Shown piece by piece: positions 15,325-26,520 of a DNA stretch of 64,000 nt (position 1 is the stretch's first letter; each line of letters starts with the position of its first letter). A program made the translations under genes and the position numbers. This DNA is from Octopus vulgaris (lineage: Eukaryota). The stretch covers positions 77,128,001 through 77,192,000 of the forward strand of contig OX597821.1 of the NCBI GenBank assembly GCA_951406725.2, written 5' to 3'. The notes beneath the pieces are model-generated. The model saw only the letters and a list, made by a program, of their open reading frames with translations. It was not told the origin of the DNA and made no database searches.

Positions 15325-17402
15325 CCAAAGTACTGTTGCTGAATGTCTCTCGTTGTGAGATTTTCAAATAGTAATTTTCTATTCATTTTTATATTTTACT
15401 TGTTTCTGTCATTAGACTGTGGCCACGCTGGGGCACTACCTTGAAGAGTTTTTAGTCGTACGAATCAATCCCTGTACTTTTTTAAAGACTGGTACTTATT
15501 CTGTCGCTTCCTTTTGCCAAATCGCTAGGTTACTGTGACGTAAACACATCAGCACCGACTGTCAAGCGGCAGTGGGGGAGAAACACAGATACAAAGAGAC
15601 AGAGAGACACACACGACACGCACAAATATGTGTGTGCGTGCGCACGCGCATACGAGTGACATCTTTCCGTCTATCAAATCCACACACAAGTATTTAGTCG
15701 GCCTGAGGCTATACGGCGAGCTGGCAGAAACGTTAGCGCGCCGGGCGAAATGCTTAGCTGTATTTCGTCTGTTGTTACGTTCTGAGTTCAAATTCCGCCG
15801 GGGTCGACTTTGCCTTTCAACCTCTCGGGGTCGATAAATAAAGTACCAGTTTCGCATTGGGTCGATATAATCGACTTAATCCGTTTGTCTGTCATTGTTT
15901 GTCCCCTCTATGTTTAGCCCCTTGTGGGCAATAAAGAAATATATACTAGAAGATTGTTGCCCAAAGTGCCATGCAATGGGACTGAACCCAGAACCATGTG
16001 GTTGGGAAGCAAACATATTACCATACAGCCACGTCTGCGCTTTCACATGTCTTTAATAGTTTCTCAGCAAATACAGGTTTTGTCTTAAAGAAGATTGAAG
16101 TAAATAATATAAATTTGCCATTCCTATTCTAGCGGTTTTATTAAATGAGATATTGTTGACTGTTAATACAGACTTTGGTTGTTTCCAGTTTATTGTATTA
16201 GTAGAGGCATTATTATATTTCTCATGGGAACACTTGCAGCAGTTATATTTATTTCTGTCTACAGCTATATTTAATTCAAATGTCTTCTTCTGAAACTAAT
16301 AGAGCATTAACGATTAAAGAACTGCTTCGCTCAAATATGAAAGAACCAACAAAGCTTGCTCTAAGACTTGCTGCAACTTCAGTCATCGAAAACAATCACC
16401 GAGGCTGGACTAGACACAGTCATGTGACACCTATGGTAATCATGATAACACTCAACGCAGGAAAATAAATCACCGGAACATATTAATTAATTAGTCACTT
16501 TCTGGTCAATTAATTGCATATAATTGCTGACATCGATTGACAAAGGCGTTTAGTGTTGTTAACATTAGAAACCATTTCATCGAATTATACGAGAATATAT
16601 TTTGTAGTTGAATTAAATGTGAACGAGTGTGCAAGCGAGTCTCTTTAATATGTAACCTGTACCTGAACGTACGCTTCGTTTAATATTAAAGATATTTAAA
16701 ACGATTGAGTCACTGTCGATACTTCATTAAGACTTACTCTTTTACTTGTTTCAGCCATTTGACTGCGGCCATGCTGGAGCATCGCCTTTAGTCGAGCAAA
16801 TCGACCCCAGGACTTATTCTTTGTAATCTTAGTACTTATTCTATCGGTCTCTTTTGCCGAGCCGCTAAGTTACGGGAACGTAAACACACCAGCATCGGTT
16901 GTCAAGCGATGTTGAGGAGGACAAACACAGACACACAAACTCACACATATATATATACATATATACAACGGGCTTCTTTTAGTTTCCGTTTACCAAATCC
17001 ACTCACAAGGCTTTGGTTGGCCCGAGGCTATAGTAGAAGACACTTGCCAAGGTGCCACACAGTGGGACTGAACCCGGAACCATGTGGTTGGTAAGCAAGC
17101 TTCTTACCACACAGCCACTCCTTGAAAGAAATTTAGATGAGTTAAAGAAGGAAGAGTTTATTGTTTTAGGATTATATACAAATAACATTTTTAAAGATAT
17201 CACTAAATATACGAGGAATGCCAGCTAATTGGTATGATAGGGGCAAGCTTGGCTGTGTGGTAACACGTTTGTTTCCCAACCACACGTTTTCGGGTTCAAT
17301 CCCACTGTGCGGCTTCCTGGGCAACTGTCCTCTAGTATAGCCTTGAACCGAATAAAGCCTTGTGAGTGGATTTGATTGACGGAAACTGAAAGAAGCATGT
17401 CG

Positions 17403-17457
<55 letters not shown>

Positions 17458-17686
17458 CTGTGTGTCTGTGTTTGTCCTTCACCACTACTTAACAACCGGA
17501 ATGGATGAGTTTATACCCCAATAACCTAGCAGTTCAGCAAAAGAGACGATAGAATAAATACCACGCTTTGAATACATAAATACTGGGGTTGATTCGTTTG
17601 ACTAAAAACTCTTCAAGGCATTGCCCCAGCATGGCCGCTCTCTAATGACTAAAACAAGGAAAAGAGAAAAGATAACTACCTACTGT

Positions 17687-18102
17687 AGGCGCAGGAGTGG
17701 CTGTGTGGTAAGTAGCTTGCTAACCAACCACATGGTTCCGGGTTCAGTCCCACTGCGTGGCACCTTGGGCAAGTGTCTTCTGCTATAGCCCCGGGTCGAC
17801 CAATGCCTTGTGAGTGGATTTGGTAGACGGAAACTGAAAGAAGCCTGTCGTATATATGTATATATATATATAAGTGTGTGTGCGTATATGTTTGTGTGTC
17901 TGTGTTTGTCCCCCTAGCATTGCTTGACAACCGATGCTGGTGTGTTTACGTCCCCGTCACTTAGCGGTTCGGCAAAAGAGACCGCTAGAATAAGTACTGG
18001 GCTTACAAAGAATAAGTCCCGGGGTCGATTTGCTAGACTAAAGGCGGTGCTCCAGCATGGCCGCAGTCAAATGACTGAAACAAGTAAAAGAGAGTAAAAG
18101 GG
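17687..18102 (+). mobile_element. SINE family 1, intact representative with internal (TA)n/(TG)n
   Basis: Head GGCGCAGGAGTGGCTGTGTGGTAAG...GGTTCAGTCCC, tail ...ATGACTGAAACAAGTAAAAGAG, flanked by a TACTGT direct repeat. Further copies (approximate): 1966-2372+, 6749-7085+, 9842-10255-, 15395-16040-, 16735-17120-, 17250-17665+, 21165-21843-, 35148-35510-, 42262-42660-, 45415-45802-, 57470-57901-, 58455-58912+, 60803-61280-. Confidence 0.9.
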
Positions 18103-18519
18103 TACTGTCGAATCCCTGCTTAAATCACATATATATATATTGCAACATATCTTGATGACCTTCGACTTTTTCGACATAGACGCTGTTATTTATAGCTTTA
18201 TCTACTTTCGTACTCTCTCAAAATTCCTAAGTTCTTTTGACGTAATTCTCATTGGTAAGCACTATGCTTCTAAAAGAGGCTGAGACAATCAAAGGGTTAA
18301 TTTGGTAGAATGGTTGGTCGTCAGTCATGTTTACAGGAAATGTAGGTTCGTCTCCCAATTCAAAGTTTTAAAACTCAATATTTACACGCTGTTACTTATA
18401 GTTTTATCTACTTCAAGTTCCACCGAGCGAAAAAAAAAAAAACGAATTATCTAAACGTTTAATTCATAAAATAATGAAAATAAGAAAAAGAAACGAAAAT
18501 AAATATTAATGGCACTGAC

Positions 18520-18948
18520 CTAAACCGCTTGATTCAAGATTGAAACTGGAACCCATCTCTCCGCTTAAACGAGGTACTGGATAATATGCTGAACTAAATG
18601 GGTCACTCGATTTCCCGACGTCGTACTGTCCGTGTCTCGACTCAATCCGACTGCTCATTTGCGCTGGAGACTGCATCATAAAAGGTGCATAGTGCGGACT
18701 ATATCGGCTGGCGGCGGTTTCCATTGGTGAATAAGAAAAGGTGTGAGCTGGTTGCGGAGCGTAGCTGTGAGTCTGTGATGCAAGTGAGTAAGGCCATGTT
18801 TTATGGAAACCCGACATTGCATAAAGGGATGAATTCAAATAAGCATCTGATGGAAAATGGAAACTGTGTGGAAGACTGCTCGTCGAACTTTGGTATGCAC
18901 TATCCCAAAACGAGGCTGGAAACTTCCGATGACACATAAGCGGTACAT
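18520..18948 (-). CDS. vg: vestigial-like (Vg/VGLL) transcription cofactor, internal coding exon (429 nt, phase 1-1)
   Basis: Acceptor tttatttgtAG (AG at 18950-18949) and donor G|GTCAGT (intron starts 18519). Translates xVPLMCHRKFPASFWDSAYQ...SSGL, matching the RNFPxSFWNS motif found after the TONDU domain in Vestigial/VGLL2/3. It is followed by typical Ser/Pro/Tyr/His-rich sequence. Confidence 0.9.
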
Positions 18949-19064
18949 CTACAAATAAATAAAATAAATGTTTTACAGTTTAAGCACTCAGTTTATCTTA
19001 AGACCTCAAATAGATTGCTTACAATTTGTCCTGTCTTCCATATTTGGATTTAGATCAGGATCTA

Positions 19065-19583
19065 CCGTAAATCCTCGAGTATAGTCCGCCCTTGAGTATA
19101 ATACGCAGGGGATTTTTAGGGGGCTGTACCTCTGAAAAACCTAAACCTTGTGTATAATACGCACCCCTTCTCTAACTTGAGTCAAGGAGGTCTATATAGC
19201 ATCCTTGGTTTGTAAAACTGTATACGGTAATATCCTTTATTATTATTGTATATATAACAATGCAAACGTGTTGCTGTTTTGTGCATTTTGTTTGCAGAAA
19301 ATAAAGAAATAACAGTAATAACAGTAATAACGTTTAATAAATGTTGCTTATTGCAAGTTACGGATGGTTCTTTTATGACTTCATTGCTTTCAGGCTTAGC
19401 TTAAAGTATTTTCGCGCCCAACATTACAAAATGCGTCTGAATAAACATTGCCGGACAGCAAATAGAGACTCGGACATTGCTTAGAAAATAATTTTCAATT
19501 TTAACCTCGTATATAGTACGCACTAGGGATTTTGACCTTTAAATCTTGGGGAAAAAATGCGGATTATACTCGAGGATTTACGG
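19065..19583. mobile_element. Tc1/mariner(pogo)-type non-autonomous DNA transposon
   Basis: TIRs CCGTAAATCCTCGAGTATAGTCCGC / GCGGATTATACTCGAGGATTTACGG, with a TA duplication on both sides. Confidence 0.85.
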
Positions 19584-19759
19584 TAATTGTGATCCTGGTA
19601 GTACTTCTGTCCCCTTCCATTCGTCCAGGTCCACACTCTTCCATACAAACCTGCTAAGTGTGAACATCCCTTCAGTCACTTCAAACTAAGGTAACTGATT
19701 TTGCGGTGTCCTTTTTATTAACCTCAAACATTGTACCCCGAAAGTAAGCCCTAACATCC

Positions 19760-20110
19760 CAATCTCTTCTTCAGTTCTTTAGAAACAGGCTACAATGTGT
19801 CCTATCCCCAAAGAAGACAACCTCTCTTACCCTGCCAACTATTGCCCTATCATACTCACTTCTAATATCACTAAGTTACTGGCGACAACTGTTAACAACG
19901 ATGTCCTCTGACGTCTTGAATCTCACGCTTTCTCTAATGACCATCAATACGGTTTCAGTGAAGCCAGGTCTTCTGGTGACCTACCGGTGGAGGGCTCTCT
20001 ATTTGGAAGAATTTGATGAGAGCAATGTTGTTGTCGCCCTTGATAGCAACGATGCTTCCAGCTGTGTCTGGGATACGTATTGAGACTGTCTGCCTCTGAG
20101 ATCCACGCGT
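19760..20110 (-). mobile_element. decayed LINE 3' fragment
   Basis: The minus strand reads ...PPVGHQKTW..., similar to the RPxGRPxKTW motif at LINE ORF2 ends. It is heavily degraded. Confidence 0.4.
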
Positions 20111-20608
20111 TTATCAACGCTTCGAACATCAGCTTCCTATCATGTCGTACTATGGACGTTTTTGAGAACGAAACTAACGAAACCATTGAAGTATTATGGA
20201 GAACATTAAATATGTCTTTACACAATATATCGTTAAAGCATATCCAGTGAACGAGCTATATTCATACTGCATATCATAACATTGGCAGCAAGATTCACTG
20301 CAAACCGTTAATATTTCGACCTACAAAGCAGTAAAACAAAAGATTCAGAACATAATAAGTGTCAAATCACTATCTACTATTTTAAGAAAAGTTCACATTG
20401 GATAATCAGTCCTAGATATATATGACACATCTAAAAGGAGGGAATAGTGATTACACAAGGAATGCGTTTGATCATATGAGCATTCTGTCAAGCTGGAGCT
20501 GGTTTTAGATAACCCTATAATTAAAAAAAAAAACAGGGCTTTTAAGATTCTTGATAAATAGTTATACCTGGAAGTTGAATTCAGTAGACTCTACGTAAAT
20601 CCTGGATT

Positions 20609-20731
20609 TTGTGTTTGCCTTCTCGAATCTAGTATTTTGTGACGCCAAAACCCTAGCAGTAAAAAGGCAGGCTTAATGTAGCACCGTTATTAAGTGTGGG
20701 TCAGGCGCGGCACACTGTACAAACAGGTGCA
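20609..20731 (-). ncRNA. box H/ACA snoRNA candidate, copy A
   Basis: 5' hairpin: GCACC/GGUGC base, AGUGUG/CACACU upper stem. H box ACAUUA at 20679-20674. 3' hairpin: UGCCUUUUU/GAGAAGGCA base, CUAG..UUUUG/CAAAA..CUAG upper stem. ACA at 20614-20612, 14 nt after the upper stem. Confidence 0.75.
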
Positions 20732-21645
20732 TGAACGAGAGTATCTGGTTTTCAAAATAATAATGTAAAATATATACACACACACACACACATACACATA
20801 CACTCACACACATACATACACACACACTCACGCACATACACACGCGCGCGCATATACACATTGGTAGGTATTTAATAGAATTGGTAGAGTCTAAGATAAA
20901 ACCTACTGGGGTAATCGATTATGTCTCTTAGCATTCTGGTATCGAATTTCCCCCACCTCGGATCCTCTTATGTTTTTATCCTCCATTCCAGAGAATCAGC
21001 ACCAGTCACCAAGTCAAGAACTAAGTTCTGGGGTCGAAGTAATCAACTTTTAGCTAAAGGTTCATTGCTTTCACTAGAAATGTTTTGTCAGAATTGGTTC
21101 GGTTCTTCTGTAGCGATGTCATAAAATTACCATTTGGGCTGATGAAACAAACTAACAGTTTTGTCTTTTACTTGTTTCCGTCATTAGACTGCAGCCATAC
21201 TGGGGCACCTCCTTGAAGAATCTTTAGTCGAGCAAATCACCCCCAGTGCTTTTTGTAAGCCTGGTACTTATTATATCGGTTATTTTTGTCGAACCGGTAA
21301 GTTATGAGGGTGCAAACAAACCAACACTACTTGTCAAGCAGTAGTAGGATTAAACGCAGACACAAACACACAAACACACAAACACACACACACACATATA
21401 AAACTGTCCGACGAACGGGAACGTGAAACTCCGAGTAACAGCTTTTGTTATATTTCTGCTGCTTTTAAATAAAGCATATTACTCTACCTCTGGTATTTGA
21501 GTACTCTTTTTTTCCACCTTGTTTCACATTTATGTGCTTACTCCGGTATATATATATATTAATATTATATAATATTTTACTATAAAATTGGATTTAATCC
21601 TAAATTTGATTTTTCCCTGTAAATTTGGATTTATTCCCTAATATT

Positions 21646-21683
<38 letters not shown>

Positions 21684-22246
21684 GATAAGCTTCTTTCAGT
21701 TTCCATCTACTAAATCCATTCACGAGGCTTTGGTCGACCCGAGACTATAGTAGAACACACTTGCCCAAGTGCCACGTAGTGAGTGAGTATGCATCCGGAG
21801 CCACGTGGTTGAGAAGCAAACTTCTTCCTAAACAGCTACGCCTGTATAAAATTCTCTATATACACGGTCATGATGCTGGTGTTAATATTGATCGGTACAC
21901 AAACTGTATATGTAAAGAGAAATTTGAAAATGTCGTTGATTGATTGTTGACAGAACTGGTGTCGTCTCAAGAACTGAACTAATTACGAATAAGATCAAGA
22001 AGTGTTTAAATTACGAATAAGATCAAGAAGTGTTTAATCAAACGCTGAAACGAATGAAATTCATATCCTTATTAAAGAGGCACGATTCTGATGAAAGGAA
22101 CGAGGAAAGCCTTTGATCGTATTTATCTCATTGGTTAAGGATGGCCTGGACTTAACACAGAGGAAACAAAGAGATTTCAAGTTTCTTGTTACATGAGTAA
22201 ATGTGGACATTGGGTCTATACTTAAATGATGAATGGTATAAGATTT

Positions 22247-22364
22247 TTATGTCTACCTCCGAGAATCTAGTATTTTGTTTCACAAAACACTAGCAGGTAG
22301 AGAGGTAGAATTAGTATAGCACTGCCGTTATGGGTGAACTAAAAGTGATGCAGGGGTTTGTGCA
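22247..22364 (-). ncRNA. box H/ACA snoRNA candidate, copy B (deletion in 5' hairpin)
   Basis: H box AUACUA at 22317-22312. 3' hairpin: CUACCUC/GAGGUAG base plus a 12-bp CUAGUGUUUUGU/ACAAAAUACUAG stem. ACA at 22252-22250, 14 nt after the stem. The 5' hairpin lacks ~5 nt relative to copy E. Confidence 0.65.
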
Positions 22365-22858
22365 TGGAGAATGGTATCTTGTCTTGAAGATAAAAATCTA
22401 CAATATACACTCATACATACTCACGCACACGAGCAGTGGTAATTAGTTGATAGAACTGGTAGAGTGGCGAATAAAGATGTTGGTGCTTTTGGTTACGTCT
22501 GTTTAGGTTCTGGAATCAAATTCCTGCAAGGTCCACTCACACATTTCACCTTCCATTCCAAGCAAGAGGCACCAGTCGACGAATAAGTAACGAAATAATT
22601 GAAGCTATCAACTTCCGGCCAAATTTCATTACTTCGCAATTGTTTGGTTAAAATATATTTTCCTTAAAATGTTTGCTCCTATAACTTAATTAGTTAATTT
22701 AGTGAAAATTGTGTTAACTTTGGTAATAGTCATCAAATTTATCAAGGAAAATTATATCACTAATTATCAAACAAAGTAGCTAATTAGAAAATCCCTGTAA
22801 GACATGAAAATAGCAACTACATTGAGAAATAATGCTTATTGCCTCTGCTTACAATATA

Positions 22859-23093
22859 CAAGGTGGTTCAAAAGTAGGTATACAGTTATGGAAAAAGAAA
22901 ATACGTACAATACTCATTTATTTTTATTTAAAAAAATTAAAAGTTACGATAAAAGTATTATTATTGTTATGATAAATAACTGAACATTTCAAAAATGAGG
23001 CTAACTAATTTAACGTGCTAATAATCTTAATGGATTAAGTATAATAAACATTGATGTAATACATACTGTATACCTACTTTTGCACGCCGCCTG
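22859..23093. mobile_element. Tc1/mariner-type MITE
   Basis: Imperfect TIRs CAAGGTGGTTCAAAAGTAGGTATACAGT / ACTGTATACCTACTTTTGCACGCCGCCTG, TA-flanked, with an AT-rich interior. Confidence 0.7.
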
Positions 23094-23325
23094 TATATCG
23101 GATTGCATCGATAATCAGCTGGAGGAAGCGTCCTGCTGGGGTTAAAAACGGTTGTAACGTCGGTTCTTATGGAACAGCCATGTTTAAGTGGCAATGAACA
23201 TTACTTCTCAGTATATTTACTACTTTGATCTTTTATAGAAATTTTCTCACTAGCTAATTTGCTTGTTGCAAAATCAGTGACTGGTTGTTACTTATTTTTC
23301 TATATACTGCTATCACTAGGAGTAA

Positions 23326-23451
23326 AATTGTTTGCCTCCGAGAATCCAGTGTCTTGTGGCACAAAACACTAGCTGGTAGGAAGGAAGAGTTGCTATAGCA
23401 CCATTGTCGTTCCGGGTGGACCAAGGGTGGTACACTACATGGACTTGTGCA
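23326..23451 (-). ncRNA. box H/ACA snoRNA candidate, copy C
   Basis: 5' upper stem GUG.ACCA/UGGU.CAC. H box AUAGCA at 23396-23391. 3' upper stem CUAGUGUUUUGU/ACAAGACACUGG, fully paired through G-U on this strand only. ACA at 23331-23329. Confidence 0.75.
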
Positions 23452-24458
23452 TGGATGGGATTACCTTGTCTTGAAAGTAAAAATGTCCAATATACACACA
23501 GTTAGTAAATCACACATTTGCACGCGCACGCACATTGGATGGTGGTGAGGGTAGGAACTGAACTCAGGACGTAAACACTCAGAAGAAATACCACCAATTC
23601 TGCCAATGCACCTCCTTCTTCTACCGATTCTGCCAATGCACCTCCTTCTTTGGCCTTGCTATGAATATATCAACCAGTATTTATACTTTTCTACTTTTCA
23701 CACGGCCTGAAATTTTGAGGAAGAGGTTAGGGCTTCCTTCAGCTTCCGTCTACTAAATTCACTCACAAGGCTTTGGTCGGCCCAATACTATAGTAGAAGA
23801 CACTTGCTCTCAAGGTGCCATGCAGTGGGACTGAACCTTGAACCATGTAATTGGGAAGCAGACGTGTTACCACACAGCCACATCTGCGTTTATTTTGTAT
23901 AAGATTTCTTCATATACATTTATTGAATTAGTCTCATGAACTGAAACGAACTCTGATGGGATCAAGAAATCTTTAAAATATTCATTTTAACGAAACCATT
24001 GAAAGCATTGAATTTTAAACTGGAATTATAGTACGATGGGATTTTCAAGACAGAAATAGGGACTGTCTAAGGATCACATATTCCAGTAGTCAAGGATGAA
24101 CAGGATCTAAGCCCTTGGTTCTCAATTGGGGTCCATATGATAATCGGGGGTTACGCATAAAATTTTGTTGTTAAAATTTATGTGCAATAAACTGGTTTAT
24201 ACTTCTGCTATACACAAAATATTTTAATCATATTTAAATAGAATTCCTTATAATATTTGATTATGAAAACTATAATAGAGTTTCTTTAAAATTGAGTGGT
24301 AATGAGGGTCCAATGAACAAAATTGGAATCACAGGGGTCCATAGGTGAAAAGTGGCAGAGAACTGCTGGTCTAAATGATAAGATAAGGGAAAGAAGGGGT
24401 TTCTAGATTCTTGTTACATTGGATCCAAAAGTTTATTCTTAAATACTAAATGTAATAG

Positions 24459-24584
24459 AATTGTTTGCCTTCGAGAATCTAGTATTTTGTGACACAAAAC
24501 ACTAGCAGGTAGAAAGTTAGAGTTACTATAGCACTACTGTCGTTCTGAGTGAACCAAAGTTGGTACACTACATGGACTTGTGCA
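24459..24584 (-). ncRNA. box H/ACA snoRNA candidate, copy D
   Basis: 5' upper stem AGUG.ACCA/UGGU.CACU. H box AUAGUA at 24529-24524. 12-bp 3' upper stem. ACA at 24464-24462, 14 nt after the stem. Confidence 0.75.
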
Positions 24585-25892
24585 TGAACGGGATTATCTT
24601 GTCTTGAAAGTAATTATGTCCAATATACACACAAACACTAACACACATGTACATGCTGAGACACATTGCAAAATAGCTGATAGAATTGGTAGAGTGGAGG
24701 ATAAAGATGTTGTGTTTGGTTGTTTCTTTATGTTCTGGGATCAAACCATTCCTATTCCCTCTACTAATTCTTTGATAGTCCCTTCCACACAATGAGCACC
24801 AATCGAGATATAGAGATATAAGTACTGGAGTCCAAGTAAGCAACTTCTAGGTGAAGTTCCATTGCTTTCAATAGTTCAATAGTTCAACAAATATTTCCGT
24901 AAAATATTTGTTCTTATTATTGATAAGTTAATTTCTTGACAATACGTTAATTTCGCCATTGTCATCAAATTTATTGAGAAAGATTATTTTTCCAATTGTC
25001 CAAAGGACTTTGAAGTTGTTCATCGACATGTTACCTTCTTGAAGTAGGAAGAAATTTAAAAGGGTGGTTTGTTTAACCAAAATATTTAATATTGGTCTTA
25101 AAATTTTGGCACAAGGACAATAATTTCGAGAGAAGGGGTCAGTCAGTTACATGGACCCCAGTACACAGCGAGTATTTATTTTATCAACTGCGAAAGGATG
25201 AAAGGGAAAGTCGGCCCCGGCAGCATTTGTGTTCAGAATGTAAGGACGGACGAAATGCCGCTAAGTACTTTTTTCCGGAGTGTTAACGATTCTGCTCTTA
25301 ATTAAAATATTAATATTGATAATGCTTTGTTTAAACTTAATATTGGTTTCGAATCGGATGGATAAAAAATAAAATTGACCCCAGTGGGAACTGAACTCAG
25401 AACGTCAAATGTCGAACAAAATACTTCATAGGAATGCTTTATAGGATTTGGTTTGTTTCTAGTAATTTCTTGAAATTACCATTTGTGTCAATAAGACAAA
25501 TTAACATTTTATATAAAATTTCTTCATATACACGTTCTTGGAGCAAAATATATTAATGTTAATATTCATTATTACATATCTGTATGATTGAAAAAAAGAA
25601 TTGAAAATGAGAGGACTAATCGTTGACAGAATTAGTTTTAGCAAACAAACTAATCGTAAATAGAATCGACAAATGTTAAAACAATTGAAATTTAATATTG
25701 AACCATATTTCGTGCGCTTATTATCACTCATTACACTCATGATACAAATACGTTGCATCATATCAATTGACGTTGATTGACGTTGATTATGGGCCTAATA
25801 GACGGAAGAGATACAAAGAGGCTTCGAGATTCTTGCTGCACACAAAATCTGGACATTGGGTCTATACTTAAAGACTAAATGAAATAAGACTT

Positions 25893-26015
25893 TTACGTTT
25901 GCCTCCGAGAATCTAGTATTTTGTTTCACAAAACACTAGCAGGTAGAGAGGTAGAATTAGTATAGCACTGCCGTTATGAGTGAACCAAAAGTGGTGCACT
26001 ACAGAGGTTTGTGCA
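25893..26015 (-). ncRNA. box H/ACA snoRNA candidate, copy E (ACA box mutated to ACG; possible pseudogene)
   Basis: Same fold as the other copies. H box AUACUA at 25963-25958. The terminal box reads ACG at 25898-25896, and the 3' basal stem has an A-C mismatch. Confidence 0.6.
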
Positions 26016-26085
26016 TGGAGGAGAGTATCTGGTCTTGAAGATAAAAATCTACAATATACACTCATACATACACATATACATATTT

Positions 26086-26520
26086 ATTAACATAAAGCTG
26101 AAGATCAGCGAAAAAGAGAATACCTACGTTGAACTATTGAGAAATCTGCAGTTACTCTATCCAAACTACAAGTTCATGTTTATACCTGTAATTAGGCTTA
26201 TCAAAACCAGAAAGGAGAATGCTAATTCGAAGACTACAGATCCAACCTATCACTGGAACTGTAATAATCTGTAAAACTTTCCAGAAGTTTATCATCTAAG
26301 TATATAAGAGCATGTCTAGACATGCAACTATATGCATGAGAATACATACATAAAAATCTGCACATACATACATACATACATACATACATACATACATACA
26401 TACATACAAAAATAATTTGTTGCTGATGTTGAAATTCCAATAAAGGAGTCTTGGGTCTAGGTTAGAAACCGGCTCTTTCTCTTTTGGTAAGAAATCTTGA
26501 AATAAAACTGAACAATGACA
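26086..26520 (+). mobile_element. 5'-truncated RLE-type LINE 3' end in (CATA)n; copies at 30341-30730+, 57160-57270-, 61412-61497-
   Basis: Encodes KISEKENTYVELLRNLQLLYPNYKFMFIPVI. The 30.3-kb copy reads QIQSITGTAKICKTFQKFII*. The 3' UTR ...GAAATTCCAAT...CTAGGTTAGAAACCG...AAGAAATCTTGAAATAAA is shared. Confidence 0.7.

Noticed and set aside
18506-18519. ORF-track stop (GQCH*) as the true end of the vg protein
   Set aside because: A good donor at 18519 splices in frame to the exon at 12838, which carries the conserved C-terminal motif.
23393-23440. The repeats as a plus-strand miRNA cluster (UAGCACCAUU resembles miR-29/285)
   Set aside because: The seed-like sequence is not conserved across copies, and the plus-strand hairpins are short and bulged. 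The minus-strand H/ACA model explains more of the conserved positions.
24995-25035. HVDEQLQSPL on the minus strand as a TONDU (VDEHFSRAL) exon
   Set aside because: It lacks the invariant HF and the upstream CVxFTY motif, and has no convincing exon context.
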